A stretch of 64,000 nucleotides of DNA, from positions 40,924 to 104,923 of the IMG/VR virus record IMGVR_UViG_3300035517_000038, one strand, 5' to 3'. A program made the translations under genes and the position numbers. Positions within the stretch are counted from its first letter, which is position 1; every line of letters begins with the position of its first letter. The notes beneath the pieces are model-generated. The model had not been told where the DNA came from, searched no databases, and worked only from the letters and a program-made list of their open reading frames with translations. The DNA is from a virus (Duplodnaviria; Caudoviricetes). Of the stretch, positions 41,501 through 50,175 are shown one piece after another.

Positions 41501-42372
41501 ACATACTACAAATAAGTAATTGTATTTCTTTAGGTGTTTGTATTAATTTAGCACCTTTCTGACCCCCTTTAGTAGCATTATAACCTTTATTATAAGAATC
41601 ATATTGTTCTATATAATAAATCTCTCTACTATCTAATAAACATTGTTCACATTCTTCCAACTTCTCAATAGAAAAATTATGTTTACCATATTTAAGTATA
41701 GCTCTTTTGATAGGCATTTCCAATTCATTCTTAGAACCAGTTTTACCACAATGTCTATACCACCTATCTTTAAGAGGTTGAATAGTTTGCCCTATATAAA
41801 CCTTATTGTTTATTAGATTTGTAATTTTATAAATACAACCAATCATAGTTTCAATATCTACTCTCTACACTACCTTCATATATTATTATAAAGGTTAGCA
41901 CGGTATTAACATATTAGCTGAAGTAATTCTAATAAGCCTTCACCGTTTTTGTTCGATTTTCATTTGTCTATTACTAGACAAAGTGCCAATGTTTAGCTTA
42001 TGCAGCTATGGTTATAGCAAACCAATCTTCATCAAACACAAGATAGAAAGGAGCAGTACCTGCACCAATCATACCTGATTCTTCAGTAACTACCTTACCT
42101 TCCTCATCTCTAGCTTCCCACAGAGGAATATTTCTTCTATTAGAACCAGTTACTTCCCAATAGATTTCTGAATCATCATCAAACTGCTTGGTAGAAAATT
42201 GTGAAAGGAAAGTATCAAGGGTCTTACCCTTATTCCATGCAAGAAGGTTTACCATAACATTGGTAGCCTTCTGAGGGGACTTTCTAAAAATAGAACCAAG
42301 GTGGTTCTCTTTAGTCAGACCCTTCCAATGCTGGAAACCCAGCATTTGGAATTTCTTTAATTGTCCTGCCAT
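38354..42372 (-). CDS. major capsid protein (crAss type), four exons: 42372-42016, 41132-40283, 39420-39268, 38508-38354; spliced 504 aa
   Basis: Exons join in frame: DEDWFA|DGEVIV, DVDP(T|AC=Y)YDDPVRNK, YRGYQ(T|GG=W)GLRNPFTG...PSILQG*. Lengths 357+850+153+155=1515 nt. Confidence 0.92.
38509..39267 (-). mobile_element. group I intron 3 of MCP
   Basis: P1 cagU/Gcug; P2 cuaauagg-gcga-ccuauuag; P3 ucgggu/auccga; P7 GCGUA/UACGC; terminal G at 38509. Confidence 0.92.
38671..39177 (-). CDS. NUMOD4-HNH homing endonuclease (intron 3)
   Basis: YSISNTGKIK, HRLIAIAFLPNP, INHINGNKEDNRITNLEW. Confidence 0.93.
   Translation of the reverse strand: MEIFKIIEEFPKYSISNTGKIKNIKGELMTIGKRKSNSGYLQVRLYHNGKYYYRYIHRLIAIAFLPNPNNYRTINHINGNKEDNRITNLEWASDEMQQRHAFLSGLKNNGISFTREQLFEIYHMYFEQHLYPREIALKLNRPFGTIKKICYGERCKDILREYRDKVKK
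39268..39420 (-). CDS. MCP exon 3 (153 nt)
   Basis: YDDPVRNKIIHPNGGPAFSYRYDIMDIGTMDQPNIFKCEVKGKSEYRGYQ; not in ORF track. Confidence 0.9.
39421..40282 (-). mobile_element. group I intron 2 of MCP
   Basis: P1 ccgU/Gcgg; P10 guag/cuac; P2 uuaauaaa-guga-uuuauuaa; P3 ucgggc/guccga; P7 GCAUA/UAUGC; terminal G at 39421. Confidence 0.92.
39564..40190 (-). CDS. NUMOD4-HNH homing endonuclease (intron 2)
   Basis: HRLVALAFLPNP...VNHKDFNRKNNNVSNLEW; N-terminal NUMOD4-like segment; C-terminal HTH-like segment. Confidence 0.93.
   Translation of the reverse strand: MIEQYKKIKGFSNYRIYNNGSIYSEFVNRYVTATEDSCGYLQNTLVDDKGNRKTIKNHRLVALAFLPNPENLPDVNHKDFNRKNNNVSNLEWCTEKYNTEYTAKFNMDNNSNSYMKLSPLSEEQVLLIPTLLNYGFSVKLISKLYNVGHITIRNIITGKTWKWLRLNFNRESFIRDIIEIPDELYNELIKVGVDNTVLNDRIKKLSSV
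40283..41132 (-). CDS. MCP exon 2
   Basis: DGEVIVGNLNE...GAGLFEQM...TGERGAIQFH...GVRVKIDVDP. Confidence 0.9.
41133..42015 (-). mobile_element. group I intron 1 of MCP (IA-like, with P7.1 extension)
   Basis: P1 ugcU/Ggca; P2 uuugucua-guaa-uagacaaa; P3 ucgaac/guucga; P4 cggu/accg; P7 GAGUA/UACUC; terminal G at 41133. Confidence 0.92.
41253..41846 (-). CDS. GIY-YIG homing endonuclease (intron 1)
   Basis: GCIYKITNLINNKVYIGQT...RW..H...E...YNATKGG plus two C-terminal HTH-like repeats. Confidence 0.93.
   Translation of the reverse strand: MIGCIYKITNLINNKVYIGQTIQPLKDRWYRHCGKTGSKNELEMPIKRAILKYGKHNFSIEKLEECEQCLLDSREIYYIEQYDSYNKGYNATKGGQKGAKLIQTPKEIQLLICSMYNKGNSLRAISKVYNIDKATVKGILTRNNIKLRTSRTYKLSQEDRINIINDFNSGVSRKEIMTKYKISKSYLSQLITGNRRI
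42016..42372 (-). CDS. MCP exon 1
   Basis: MAGQLKKFQ...GLTKENHLG...FDEDWFA; ends in U at the 5' splice site. Confidence 0.9.
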
Positions 42373-42409
42373 AAATTAATAAAAATACAAATTATAATAA
42401 GTTTAAAAG

Positions 42410-43540
42410 TTATACATCAATATCCCATCCTTTACTAAAGAAGGATTCAGAGTCTTTGTTATTAGCAAAGTTTAATGTACCATCTGAATTTCTACTTGTA
42501 TTATTAAGTGTATTCTCTAATTCTGCCAAACCTTTTTTCATGCCCTTTTTCAACGGCCCCTTAATAAGACCATCTAAATTTTTAAAACCATCAGTAAGAG
42601 TATAAACAATACCTAAGTTCTTAACAAACTCAGCCTTGTTATTTAACTCATACTGTTGCAGGGCTGTATAAGCTTTACCAGTCTTAGGGTCTTTGTAAAC
42701 AGGCTTTGAAATATTATCAACAATCTTTTGGCGAGTCTTCTTATCAAGCTCATAATCCCCAAAGAGATTCTTATCTTCAAGGATTGACCTCTTGACTCCC
42801 TCAGCCATGTTGTTAATTTCTTCCTCATCCTTTTTACGCACTTCTTCAGCGTCTTTAATCAGTTGTTCATATTGCTTTTTGTAAAAATCAAGATTACCAG
42901 CAAGAGCTTCTTTAGCATCATCAATATCTGTACCTGCTTCGAGAGACTTCTTAACTTCTCTTTGTGCTCTGTCTTTAGAATATCCTCTATTAATGAAATC
43001 TTGATAGATTAAATTCTTTCTAAGATTTTCACTATTATCAGTTTCCTGACTTAATGCATCTTCAGTAATATTCTCCAACTGACCTACAATATTTTCATAT
43101 TGAGTAATAGTATCAGGTTCTACACCAACACCAAGAGCTTTATCAATCCTCTTTTGTCTTTCTTCCAAGCCTTCTTGAATTTTATCCTCAATAAGTTTCT
43201 TGAAAGCTTCTGCAGTTGTAGTACCTTGCACTACCTCATCTGTTAAGTCAGAAAAAACACCCTCCTCTACAAGAGCCTGAGTAATGGAAGAGAAAATGCT
43301 GGAAGTAGAAGAAGAACTTGCAGAGGGGGTGTCTTCAATTTTTTTATCCTCAGTTTCTTCTACATTGTTTCCAGAGGCAAATAGATTTTCAACATCTACT
43401 TGTTCTTCTTTCTCTTCTTTCTTAGTCTCTTCTTTTACACCATCAGTATCTTCCTTTTTAGATTCATCAGGGTTATCTATTGTATTATCTACAAATAGAT
43501 TGTCAATGTCTATAACACTGTCTAAAGATAATTCATCCAT
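42410..43540 (-). CDS. putative capsid scaffolding protein
   Basis: Acidic, coiled-coil-rich 376 aa immediately upstream of MCP. Confidence 0.75.
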   Translation of the reverse strand: MDELSLDSVIDIDNLFVDNTIDNPDESKKEDTDGVKEETKKEEKEEQVDVENLFASGNNVEETEDKKIEDTPSASSSSTSSIFSSITQALVEEGVFSDLTDEVVQGTTTAEAFKKLIEDKIQEGLEERQKRIDKALGVGVEPDTITQYENIVGQLENITEDALSQETDNSENLRKNLIYQDFINRGYSKDRAQREVKKSLEAGTDIDDAKEALAGNLDFYKKQYEQLIKDAEEVRKKDEEEINNMAEGVKRSILEDKNLFGDYELDKKTRQKIVDNISKPVYKDPKTGKAYTALQQYELNNKAEFVKNLGIVYTLTDGFKNLDGLIKGPLKKGMKKGLAELENTLNNTSRNSDGTLNFANNKDSESFFSKGWDIDV

Positions 43541-43574
43541 AATTTACTCATTTTATTCTACTTCATAAGTAGTA

Positions 43575-43606
43575 CAAAGTTACTAAGTATCTACGAATTA
43601 AACAAC
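43575..43606 (-). promoter_or_regulatory. Bacteroidota-type promoter for scaffold-MCP operon
   Basis: Minus GTTG (43606-43603), N20, TAACTTTG (43582-43575). Confidence 0.8.
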
Positions 43607-43660
43607 TTTATAAATAAGGTGCTAATAGAGAATAAAGTGTTTTACTATTTTTACAGGTAA

Positions 43661-43691
43661 TAAAAATGGGTGAAGAAGATTCTCCACCCAT
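43661..43691 (-). terminator. intrinsic terminator
   Basis: Hairpin atgggtg(a)agaa..ttctccacccat with T5 on minus strand, just after the stop at 43696. Confidence 0.75.
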
Positions 43692-43695
43692 ACAC

Positions 43696-44136
43696 TTAAC
43701 CTTTAAAATATTTATAAACCTTGGATGTGTGTTTATAATCCTCATCCATAAACCAAAAGGTAATAGCAGCATCAATAACCTTATCCTCAATGTTAGTGGT
43801 ACCAAACCAATTATACATTAACTTACAGTAATCGTGATACTGAGCATTGATTGCTATATAAACCTCAGGTATGGTAGCTCCAGTAGCAGAAAGGTGATGT
43901 TCTTTAAATACACACTTGGCTTTTTCATAATCAAAAACCCAGCCTGTGTATTTCTTCCCTTTAAAGCAATGGTACATACCATCTACTATTTCTTTTGCTT
44001 CTTCTTCAGTAATCTCGTGCGTAGTTGATTCTCTTGTTTCTTTTTTACAACAGAGGTGTTCCTCTACCATCTCCTTTACTACTTCTTTTAAAGGTTCGTA
44101 AAGATTCATGTGCTTTAGTAAAAATATGGTTTCCAT
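43696..44136 (-). CDS. conserved hypothetical phage protein
   Basis: 146 aa; EVYIAINAQYHDY, TFWFMDED; last gene of unknown-function operon. Confidence 0.8.
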   Translation of the reverse strand: METIFLLKHMNLYEPLKEVVKEMVEEHLCCKKETRESTTHEITEEEAKEIVDGMYHCFKGKKYTGWVFDYEKAKCVFKEHHLSATGATIPEVYIAINAQYHDYCKLMYNWFGTTNIEDKVIDAAITFWFMDEDYKHTSKVYKYFKG

Positions 44137-44137
44137 A

Positions 44138-44515
44138 TTAATTCTTAACTAAGATTTTTTTTAATTCGTTAATTTCAGTAAGACCAAAGCTAACTACTTT
44201 CTTTGTAAAAGGTACAGGCACTTTAATATTACCACCACCTATTTCTATCTCACCTAAATCTCCAGCGTCAATAGTAAAGGCTTTAGAGTTAATAGCACTA
44301 TTCAGCATTTCTTCAGCCATAGAACTAAAGTCAACTATACCTTCTTCATTAGCAAGTAGTTCACAATACTTTGTAATCTTATTTGTACTATTTTTCAAAA
44401 CTCTGCTAATAACAGGTTTTGCAAAATTAACAATGGGGAACTCCTTAGATACTTCATTAATTAAATAGTCAGCACTTTTCTCAAGCCTAACTACTACTTC
44501 ATCAACTGTAATCAT
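44138..44515 (-). CDS. hypothetical protein
   Basis: 125 aa; ATGA-coupled to upstream gene. Confidence 0.8.
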   Translation of the reverse strand: MITVDEVVVRLEKSADYLINEVSKEFPIVNFAKPVISRVLKNSTNKITKYCELLANEEGIVDFSSMAEEMLNSAINSKAFTIDAGDLGEIEIGGGNIKVPVPFTKKVVSFGLTEINELKKILVKN

Positions 44516-44991
44516 ATATTATTTTTTAAAAATTCTTCATATGTTGCATTAGGATTGCTCTTAGCATATTCCTTAAATTTTAAGAATAATTCCATCTCCT
44601 TCTTAGTATCTTGTATAATACTAGTCTTAATACTTTTGGTAATCTCAAGATGACTCTCAAGAATCTTTTTACCCTGCTCAGAACCTTCTATTTTACCTTT
44701 AACCAAATTCATCAACTCCTGCTGCACTAGAGTCTGTATTTGATTGTATGAAGCCACATACTTAGCATCAGTATTTAACTGAGTAAGTTGCTCATCTGTC
44801 AAAGTTGATAGTTCAGCATCTAATGAAGACCATAAAGATTTAGTAGGTTCAGGTTGAGGTACTCTTGAATTATTTTGTAATTCTTGTAACTTCATCTTAT
44901 AAGCATTAAGCTGTCTAATCTGAGAATCTAAAGAATCCATTGATAATCCTGAAGTATCAGGAGTTCCACCTAAATAAATGTTATTGTACAT
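44512..44991 (-). CDS. hypothetical coiled-coil protein
   Basis: 159 aa helical, Q/L-rich; C-term NPNATYEEF. Confidence 0.8.
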   Translation of the reverse strand: MYNNIYLGGTPDTSGLSMDSLDSQIRQLNAYKMKLQELQNNSRVPQPEPTKSLWSSLDAELSTLTDEQLTQLNTDAKYVASYNQIQTLVQQELMNLVKGKIEGSEQGKKILESHLEITKSIKTSIIQDTKKEMELFLKFKEYAKSNPNATYEEFLKNNI

Positions 44992-45014
44992 GGTTTATAA
45001 ATATATTAAAGGTT

Positions 45015-46349
45015 TTAATAATCTCCAGCGTTTACTTTTACTCTACCAGATTTTATATCAGATTTTGAGCAATATATATCTCTATTATAAGGATTCCAAA
45101 ATGTGATATTAGTAGGATGGGGATTATAGGCTAAATAATATTTATATCCTTGAGTTTCCCACTTAACAACATCATCATGAATACCTCCTGCACATTGAAT
45201 AGTGTCATCATATACTAGAGTAGCACCATAAGGTTTTTGCCAAATAGTAAAACCACTTTGCTCAACCCACTTTCTAAATTCTCCAGTAGAGTCCTTCTTC
45301 TTGAGAGTTTCAAGAGCTTGATTAGCTTTTGTAATATAATCAGAGAACATATTAGGAACTCTATTGTATTTCCAATCAACTAGGTCAGCTCCAATGTTTT
45401 TAACTAGTTTATAAAAGCCCGGCATTGCTCCTGATTCAGGAGTAAATCTTCCCCATGAATCTGTATATGTAATATTATTTAATACAATAGCAGATGTCAC
45501 AGAAGAGCTTGGAGAAGAGGTACCATCAATAATATCATAATACTTTTTAGGCAATACCATAGACCGACACTGTTGTATAGCATATGTGGAAGTAACAGTG
45601 GCACCTGACCTTACATTGTTAGCAAGGTTAATAATAGTATTATAATAGGCTTTCCAAAGATTTTCATAATTGGTCATTGAAACTGCTTGTGCAGTAAATA
45701 CACCATCATTCCACGAAGAGGGTACCTGATACTCAGGTAACTTCATTCTAAATCTAGCTCCTACTATACAGCCATTATATAAGCTATCATATTTCAATGC
45801 TGAATTAGCTAAACAGTTTTCATTAGAAGCATTATCATTCCACCAACCATAATGACCTCTTGGAGCATAGCACCAACTAATATCACTATAAGGATAGTTC
45901 CAAGTACCAATAGTGCCTTTAACAGCATCTTTTAATTTTTGTAAGTATGCTGTTTGTAATTCTTTTCTTGCATCACCTTTTGCAGGATATGCAGTAGCAT
46001 CACTTACATTAGTAGTATCAATAGTAGCGGCAGTTTCCCAAGCAGTGCTTGATTTAGCAGAGGTAAATGCAGTAACAGCTGAATTATGAGCTGTGCATAA
46101 AGGTATTATTTGATTTACAAATACCTTCTCATATACATTATATAATTGCTGTAGATAGGTAAAGAATCTCCAATTTTGCTCTGTAATAAAGTCCACCATA
46201 TCTTGTTTATTGGAATACTTTATTACATTAGTAAAATTATTATCAGGGTCATAAGAAGTTTGCCTTGTGTAGAAATGAGAACCATCATTAGCTACTGCAA
46301 AATTTTCAAGATTTAAATAGACATCATTTGAATTAGTTGCGTATGCCAT
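45015..46349 (-). CDS. hypothetical protein, paralogue of 46367-48610
   Basis: 444 aa, W/Y/N/T-rich; shares PKKYYD, PYG and YNxD..C.KSDI..G motifs with neighbour. Confidence 0.8.
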   Translation of the reverse strand: MAYATNSNDVYLNLENFAVANDGSHFYTRQTSYDPDNNFTNVIKYSNKQDMVDFITEQNWRFFTYLQQLYNVYEKVFVNQIIPLCTAHNSAVTAFTSAKSSTAWETAATIDTTNVSDATAYPAKGDARKELQTAYLQKLKDAVKGTIGTWNYPYSDISWCYAPRGHYGWWNDNASNENCLANSALKYDSLYNGCIVGARFRMKLPEYQVPSSWNDGVFTAQAVSMTNYENLWKAYYNTIINLANNVRSGATVTSTYAIQQCRSMVLPKKYYDIIDGTSSPSSSVTSAIVLNNITYTDSWGRFTPESGAMPGFYKLVKNIGADLVDWKYNRVPNMFSDYITKANQALETLKKKDSTGEFRKWVEQSGFTIWQKPYGATLVYDDTIQCAGGIHDDVVKWETQGYKYYLAYNPHPTNITFWNPYNRDIYCSKSDIKSGRVKVNAGDY

Positions 46350-46366
46350 AATATTTAATTTTAAAG

Positions 46367-48610
46367 TTAATACTCATTTACACCAGGTTTAATAGAACCC
46401 CCAAGAATATCTGATTTAAGGCAGCATAAGTCCTTATTATATCTGCAACTATACTGAGCAAAATTATCTATCCATGTATCATCTGACCAATTGTAGTAGT
46501 CATTAAACACATAAGTAAAACCATAAGGAGTATCAATTATACCACCATTAGATTTAATGTAAGTAGCAAGAGTACCGTCAGTATCATATTTACCTAAAGC
46601 CCAAGTAAGGATTGTATTAGCATCTTGATAGAGGCGCGTAATCAATCTTTGGTACTGAGAAAAGTCTGCTGCATTTTGCGAAAATTTACGAGCATATTGA
46701 TAACTTTCATTACCTGCATTACTGGGAGCTGTATTAGGACCACAGAGATACCATTCTGTTTGATGCCACCTTTTATATATAACTATAGAGGTAGCACCAT
46801 ATATTCCATTACTGGTATTTGCTGTAGTCATGTATGTAACATTGTTAGTAGAGCTTCTACCATAAGTAACTAAACAAGGTGCACCACTTGTGGCATTAGC
46901 TGCTACATAATCAGGGTCAGGGATATTTACATAGGTAAAAGAACCTGATTGCATATTTGCGGCATAGATAGCACTTTCATTATTAGAGTTACTAGAAGCA
47001 TAAGCAGATGGGATTGAGGTTTGTCCTACCCATCTGGAATTACGTCTAGTGTTACTCTTAGCCAAGTTATCAGTAGATATAGAACCTGTTACAGTACCTT
47101 TAGTAGAGTTATTAGCGGTGCCATCAGGAGTAGCTCCTGCACCACTGGTAACTGCTGTACCATTAGCATCTTTAGTTCCTAAACAATAGGGAGATAATGT
47201 CATACCTGTTTTAGCTTTCCAACCAGCTTTAACAGCATTAAGAGTATCATAGAAGTATTGCTCTACTGTGATTAAGTTATCAGGAGTAACAACAGTGTAT
47301 GCCTTTAAACCATCATATCTCTCAAGTAATTCAGCTAATGTATCTACACTGTTTGTTTGTAAACGTGCTACAACACTAGGAGCTGCAGTATTGCTAGTGG
47401 AAGCTTGATACTGAGCCAATAAACTTGGGGTAGTATAATTTGTAGTAGCATTATTATAATCATAATATGTATAGCATATCAGATTAGATTCATCAGTTGT
47501 ACTATCTATAGTTTGTGATGTAGCCTTAGGCATAGTGGTGTATTTAAACTCTTGCATAAAATTAGCCACCATTTCTTGTGCCTTATAAGTATTATTAGGT
47601 AAGGCATCATCATGACCTATGTATGAAGTATCAAAATCAAAATCATAATTTCTACTCCAAGAGGTAGTATCATAATACTTCTTTGGTACTGATGGTACAA
47701 TAGTTTCACTAAAATATTTCTTAATAGCGTGAGAGCTATTCAGTGTTGCTATCTGACAAATGTTCTTATAGTAAGTAACCCATTTATTAAGGAATGTAGT
47801 TAAAGCACCCATCTGATTCATCATCACATGACCATAATCAGCTTGCTGCAACATTACTTGGTTAGGACCTTTTGAATTATTAGTACCCCATATCCAACCT
47901 CTATCTATCTTACTACCATCCCAAGCACCTGCATTATTATCCCAATAACCACTATTACAATCCCAAGGAGTAGGATACCAACCTGGGTCTGTAGTAGAGC
48001 TGCTGGAAGAAGATTGCCCAGTCTGATTATTAGTAACAGTTGTAGTAGTAGTTGTACTACCAGGTTCAGTAGCACCTTTTGTCATTAAAGTTTGTGCATT
48101 TGTTTTCTCACTATTACTTACTAATAACTGAGTATATTGAGTCCAAGGAACTCCCCAAGCAGGAGAAATCCAGTGAGTCATCCCCTTCCATAAACCATCA
48201 TCTATACTTTTATCGCTATTCCAATATACTGAATCAGTAAACCTTGTAGTATTTACTAAATGACGTACAACACCACCTGAATTATAAATGAAATCAGAAT
48301 ATGTAGCAGTACAAACACCTGCATACAGCTTAACATATTTCCATTGTATAGTCTTATCTGTATTAGCAGATTGCTTAGCTGCTAATAGAGTTTCAAGTTT
48401 TTTATTTAAAACATCTGCTTTAGTTTGTAAAGTAGATTTATAATTTTGGAATGTAGAAACAAGACTACGTGCATATGTGGTAGCTTCAGCCTTAGTAGCA
48501 AATGATTTGGTGGGTGTAGAGCTATAACTCTCAGGTAACATACGAGTAAGATGATTACCTTCGAGAATATCATCTAAGTTTTTAATTATATCACTAAATG
48601 TATTTGCCAT
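46367..48610 (-). CDS. hypothetical protein, paralogue of 45015-46349
   Basis: 747 aa, T/S/N/Y/W-rich with Thr/Ser linkers. Confidence 0.8.
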   Translation of the reverse strand: MANTFSDIIKNLDDILEGNHLTRMLPESYSSTPTKSFATKAEATTYARSLVSTFQNYKSTLQTKADVLNKKLETLLAAKQSANTDKTIQWKYVKLYAGVCTATYSDFIYNSGGVVRHLVNTTRFTDSVYWNSDKSIDDGLWKGMTHWISPAWGVPWTQYTQLLVSNSEKTNAQTLMTKGATEPGSTTTTTTVTNNQTGQSSSSSSTTDPGWYPTPWDCNSGYWDNNAGAWDGSKIDRGWIWGTNNSKGPNQVMLQQADYGHVMMNQMGALTTFLNKWVTYYKNICQIATLNSSHAIKKYFSETIVPSVPKKYYDTTSWSRNYDFDFDTSYIGHDDALPNNTYKAQEMVANFMQEFKYTTMPKATSQTIDSTTDESNLICYTYYDYNNATTNYTTPSLLAQYQASTSNTAAPSVVARLQTNSVDTLAELLERYDGLKAYTVVTPDNLITVEQYFYDTLNAVKAGWKAKTGMTLSPYCLGTKDANGTAVTSGAGATPDGTANNSTKGTVTGSISTDNLAKSNTRRNSRWVGQTSIPSAYASSNSNNESAIYAANMQSGSFTYVNIPDPDYVAANATSGAPCLVTYGRSSTNNVTYMTTANTSNGIYGATSIVIYKRWHQTEWYLCGPNTAPSNAGNESYQYARKFSQNAADFSQYQRLITRLYQDANTILTWALGKYDTDGTLATYIKSNGGIIDTPYGFTYVFNDYYNWSDDTWIDNFAQYSCRYNKDLCCLKSDILGGSIKPGVNEY

Positions 48611-48622
48611 AGTTTTTAAACT

Positions 48623-49018
48623 TTAAGGGGTTGTTGCTGGGGTAGTTGTAGTATCAGTAGCTACATTACTTACATAGAATACATACTTTTCTAAGAAGTC
48701 AGTATCATTATTATTAATGGCATCTTGTACTTTTGAATAATAATTATTCCAAGCTTCATACCATTTAGTAATAAGTTCAGAAGGGTCTGTAATAATGTAA
48801 GGGTCTAAGCTATCTTCTATCATGCCTGTTGTATGAGTCTTTGAATAACCATCAACAGCAGTAGCTAAAACAGCATCTGAGTTAAATGCACTGGGAGCAG
48901 TTATATTATTACCCGTCACATTTCTACCATCTTCAATACCATAAGTAGTTTTTATACCATTTGAAGTACCAGTGGCAGTGGTGCTATCTATCACTACTGG
49001 AGTATAAACAATTGCCAT
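48623..49018 (-). CDS. hypothetical Thr-rich protein
   Basis: 131 aa; KWYEAWNNYYSK helix resembling the downstream paralogues. Confidence 0.75.
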   Translation of the reverse strand: MAIVYTPVVIDSTTATGTSNGIKTTYGIEDGRNVTGNNITAPSAFNSDAVLATAVDGYSKTHTTGMIEDSLDPYIITDPSELITKWYEAWNNYYSKVQDAINNNDTDFLEKYVFYVSNVATDTTTTPATTP

Positions 49019-49044
49019 AGTATAATAAGTTTTAAGTATTTACA

Positions 49045-49080
49045 AAATAAGAAAGTAGGGATATTTGCATACCCCTACTT
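49045..49080 (-). terminator. hairpin/terminator after 49095 gene
   Basis: aagtagggatat-ttgc-atacccctactt with an imperfect T-tract on minus strand. Confidence 0.65.
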
Positions 49081-49094
49081 GTAATTAACCTTGC

Positions 49095-49700
49095 TTACGC
49101 TTGGCAGCAAGGACATTCTAAACCTGCAAGGGGGTTGAATGTTGACTTAGCAGTAGACGTAGTAGCTACAGACACATTAGCAACAGAAACAGGATAGAAA
49201 GTGCTATTTACATAGTTAACTACCGCATTTTCTGCACAATGACGTCTTTCAGCCTCAAGAGCTAAAGCAGCTTGAGAACCAGCAGCTACACCGCCAATTT
49301 GCATTTCTAACACCTTAGCTCTCCAAGGTTCAACAGCTGCATCAACAGCTTGTTTGGTTTCAAGAGCAGAGATTCTAGAAAGAATTGCATCCTTTTCATC
49401 TCTTTGGTTTTTATAGAGAGCAAAGCTGGTATCAACAATCTTATTACTCAGAGTCTCATACATTGACTGTATTTCTCTAATGTTAGAGATTTGACCCTGA
49501 TAATACTGCTTGGTAATATCAACATAGTCGGCATTTTCTTTTTCAGCAACAGCAGCTACTGCACCGCCTCCAAGACCACTGAAAATACCGCCACCTCCAC
49601 CAAGAGCCAATAAACCGCCCAACGCAGTGCCGATAATACCTGTGGTAAGAGCGGCGTTTCCTTTGGCATTACTAGCATACTTTTTTTCTTCAATTTCCAT
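49095..49700 (-). CDS. conserved hypothetical protein with Gly-rich hydrophobic N-terminus
   Basis: MEIEEKKYASNAKGNAALTTGIIGTALGGLLALGGGGG; coiled-coil; C-term CPCC. Start taken as ATG 49700. Confidence 0.8.
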   Translation of the reverse strand: MEIEEKKYASNAKGNAALTTGIIGTALGGLLALGGGGGIFSGLGGGAVAAVAEKENADYVDITKQYYQGQISNIREIQSMYETLSNKIVDTSFALYKNQRDEKDAILSRISALETKQAVDAAVEPWRAKVLEMQIGGVAAGSQAALALEAERRHCAENAVVNYVNSTFYPVSVANVSVATTSTAKSTFNPLAGLECPCCQA

Positions 49701-49755
49701 AATAAGCAAATTAGAAGTGATTAATGTAAAAATAAAATGATAAAGTGAATAAGTT

Positions 49756-49778
49756 GTAAGCTTACGGGTGCAAAGTTA
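49756..49778 (-). promoter_or_regulatory. promoter -7 element plus palindrome at the start site
   Basis: TAACTTTG (49778-49771); perfect palindrome GTAAGCTTAC (49756-49765); no TTG at the 20-nt spacing. Confidence 0.65.
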
Positions 49779-49809
49779 TGTAATAATATTTAGAATACCT
49801 ATCAATGCT

Positions 49810-49856
49810 AAAAACAACAAAACCCCCAAACTATCACTCAGATAGTCAGGGGGTTT
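49810..49856 (-). terminator. intrinsic terminator after lysis/HTH operon
   Basis: aaaccccc-aa-actatc-actca-gatagt-ca-gggggttt with T-rich tail on minus strand. Confidence 0.8.
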
Positions 49857-49869
49857 GCTTACAATAGAC

Positions 49870-50175
49870 TTAGCATTGTTTTCTACTTTTGCTAAAAGAG
49901 TCTAAATCTTTCTTATACCATCTTAATTCCTTAAAGCCTTGTACGTGTGCTCCTTTAGGGATATGCCCTTCTCTTACATGGTTATCGAAAGTAGCTCTAC
50001 TAACATTAAGGTAGTTGCAAGCTTGGTATTTACTCATACCTTCATCCTTAGTTGTGTACTTTCTAAGGATTTCAATTATTTCTTCAGATTCATTTTCTGA
50101 TATATTAGAATTTCCAGCATCAATATCCTCAACAACTTTATACAATAAATTTCTTATTATCTTTATCATTTCCAC
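49870..50175 (-). CDS. excisionase/AlpA-like helix-turn-helix DNA-binding protein
   Basis: MSKYQACNYLNVSRATFDNHVREGHIPKG...WYKKDL. Confidence 0.8.
   Translation of the reverse strand: MEMIKIIRNLLYKVVEDIDAGNSNISENESEEIIEILRKYTTKDEGMSKYQACNYLNVSRATFDNHVREGHIPKGAHVQGFKELRWYKKDLDSFSKSRKQC

Noticed and set aside
42001-42025. Non-canonical U-A pair at intron 1 5' splice site (gcuau/auagc hairpin)
   Set aside because: A canonical U.G P1 forms with GGCA just before P2, as in the other two introns; the local hairpin is at most an alternative fold.
38354-42372. MCP as pseudogene or intein-containing gene
   Set aside because: Inserts contain stop codons and complete group I cores, and splicing restores the frame exactly.
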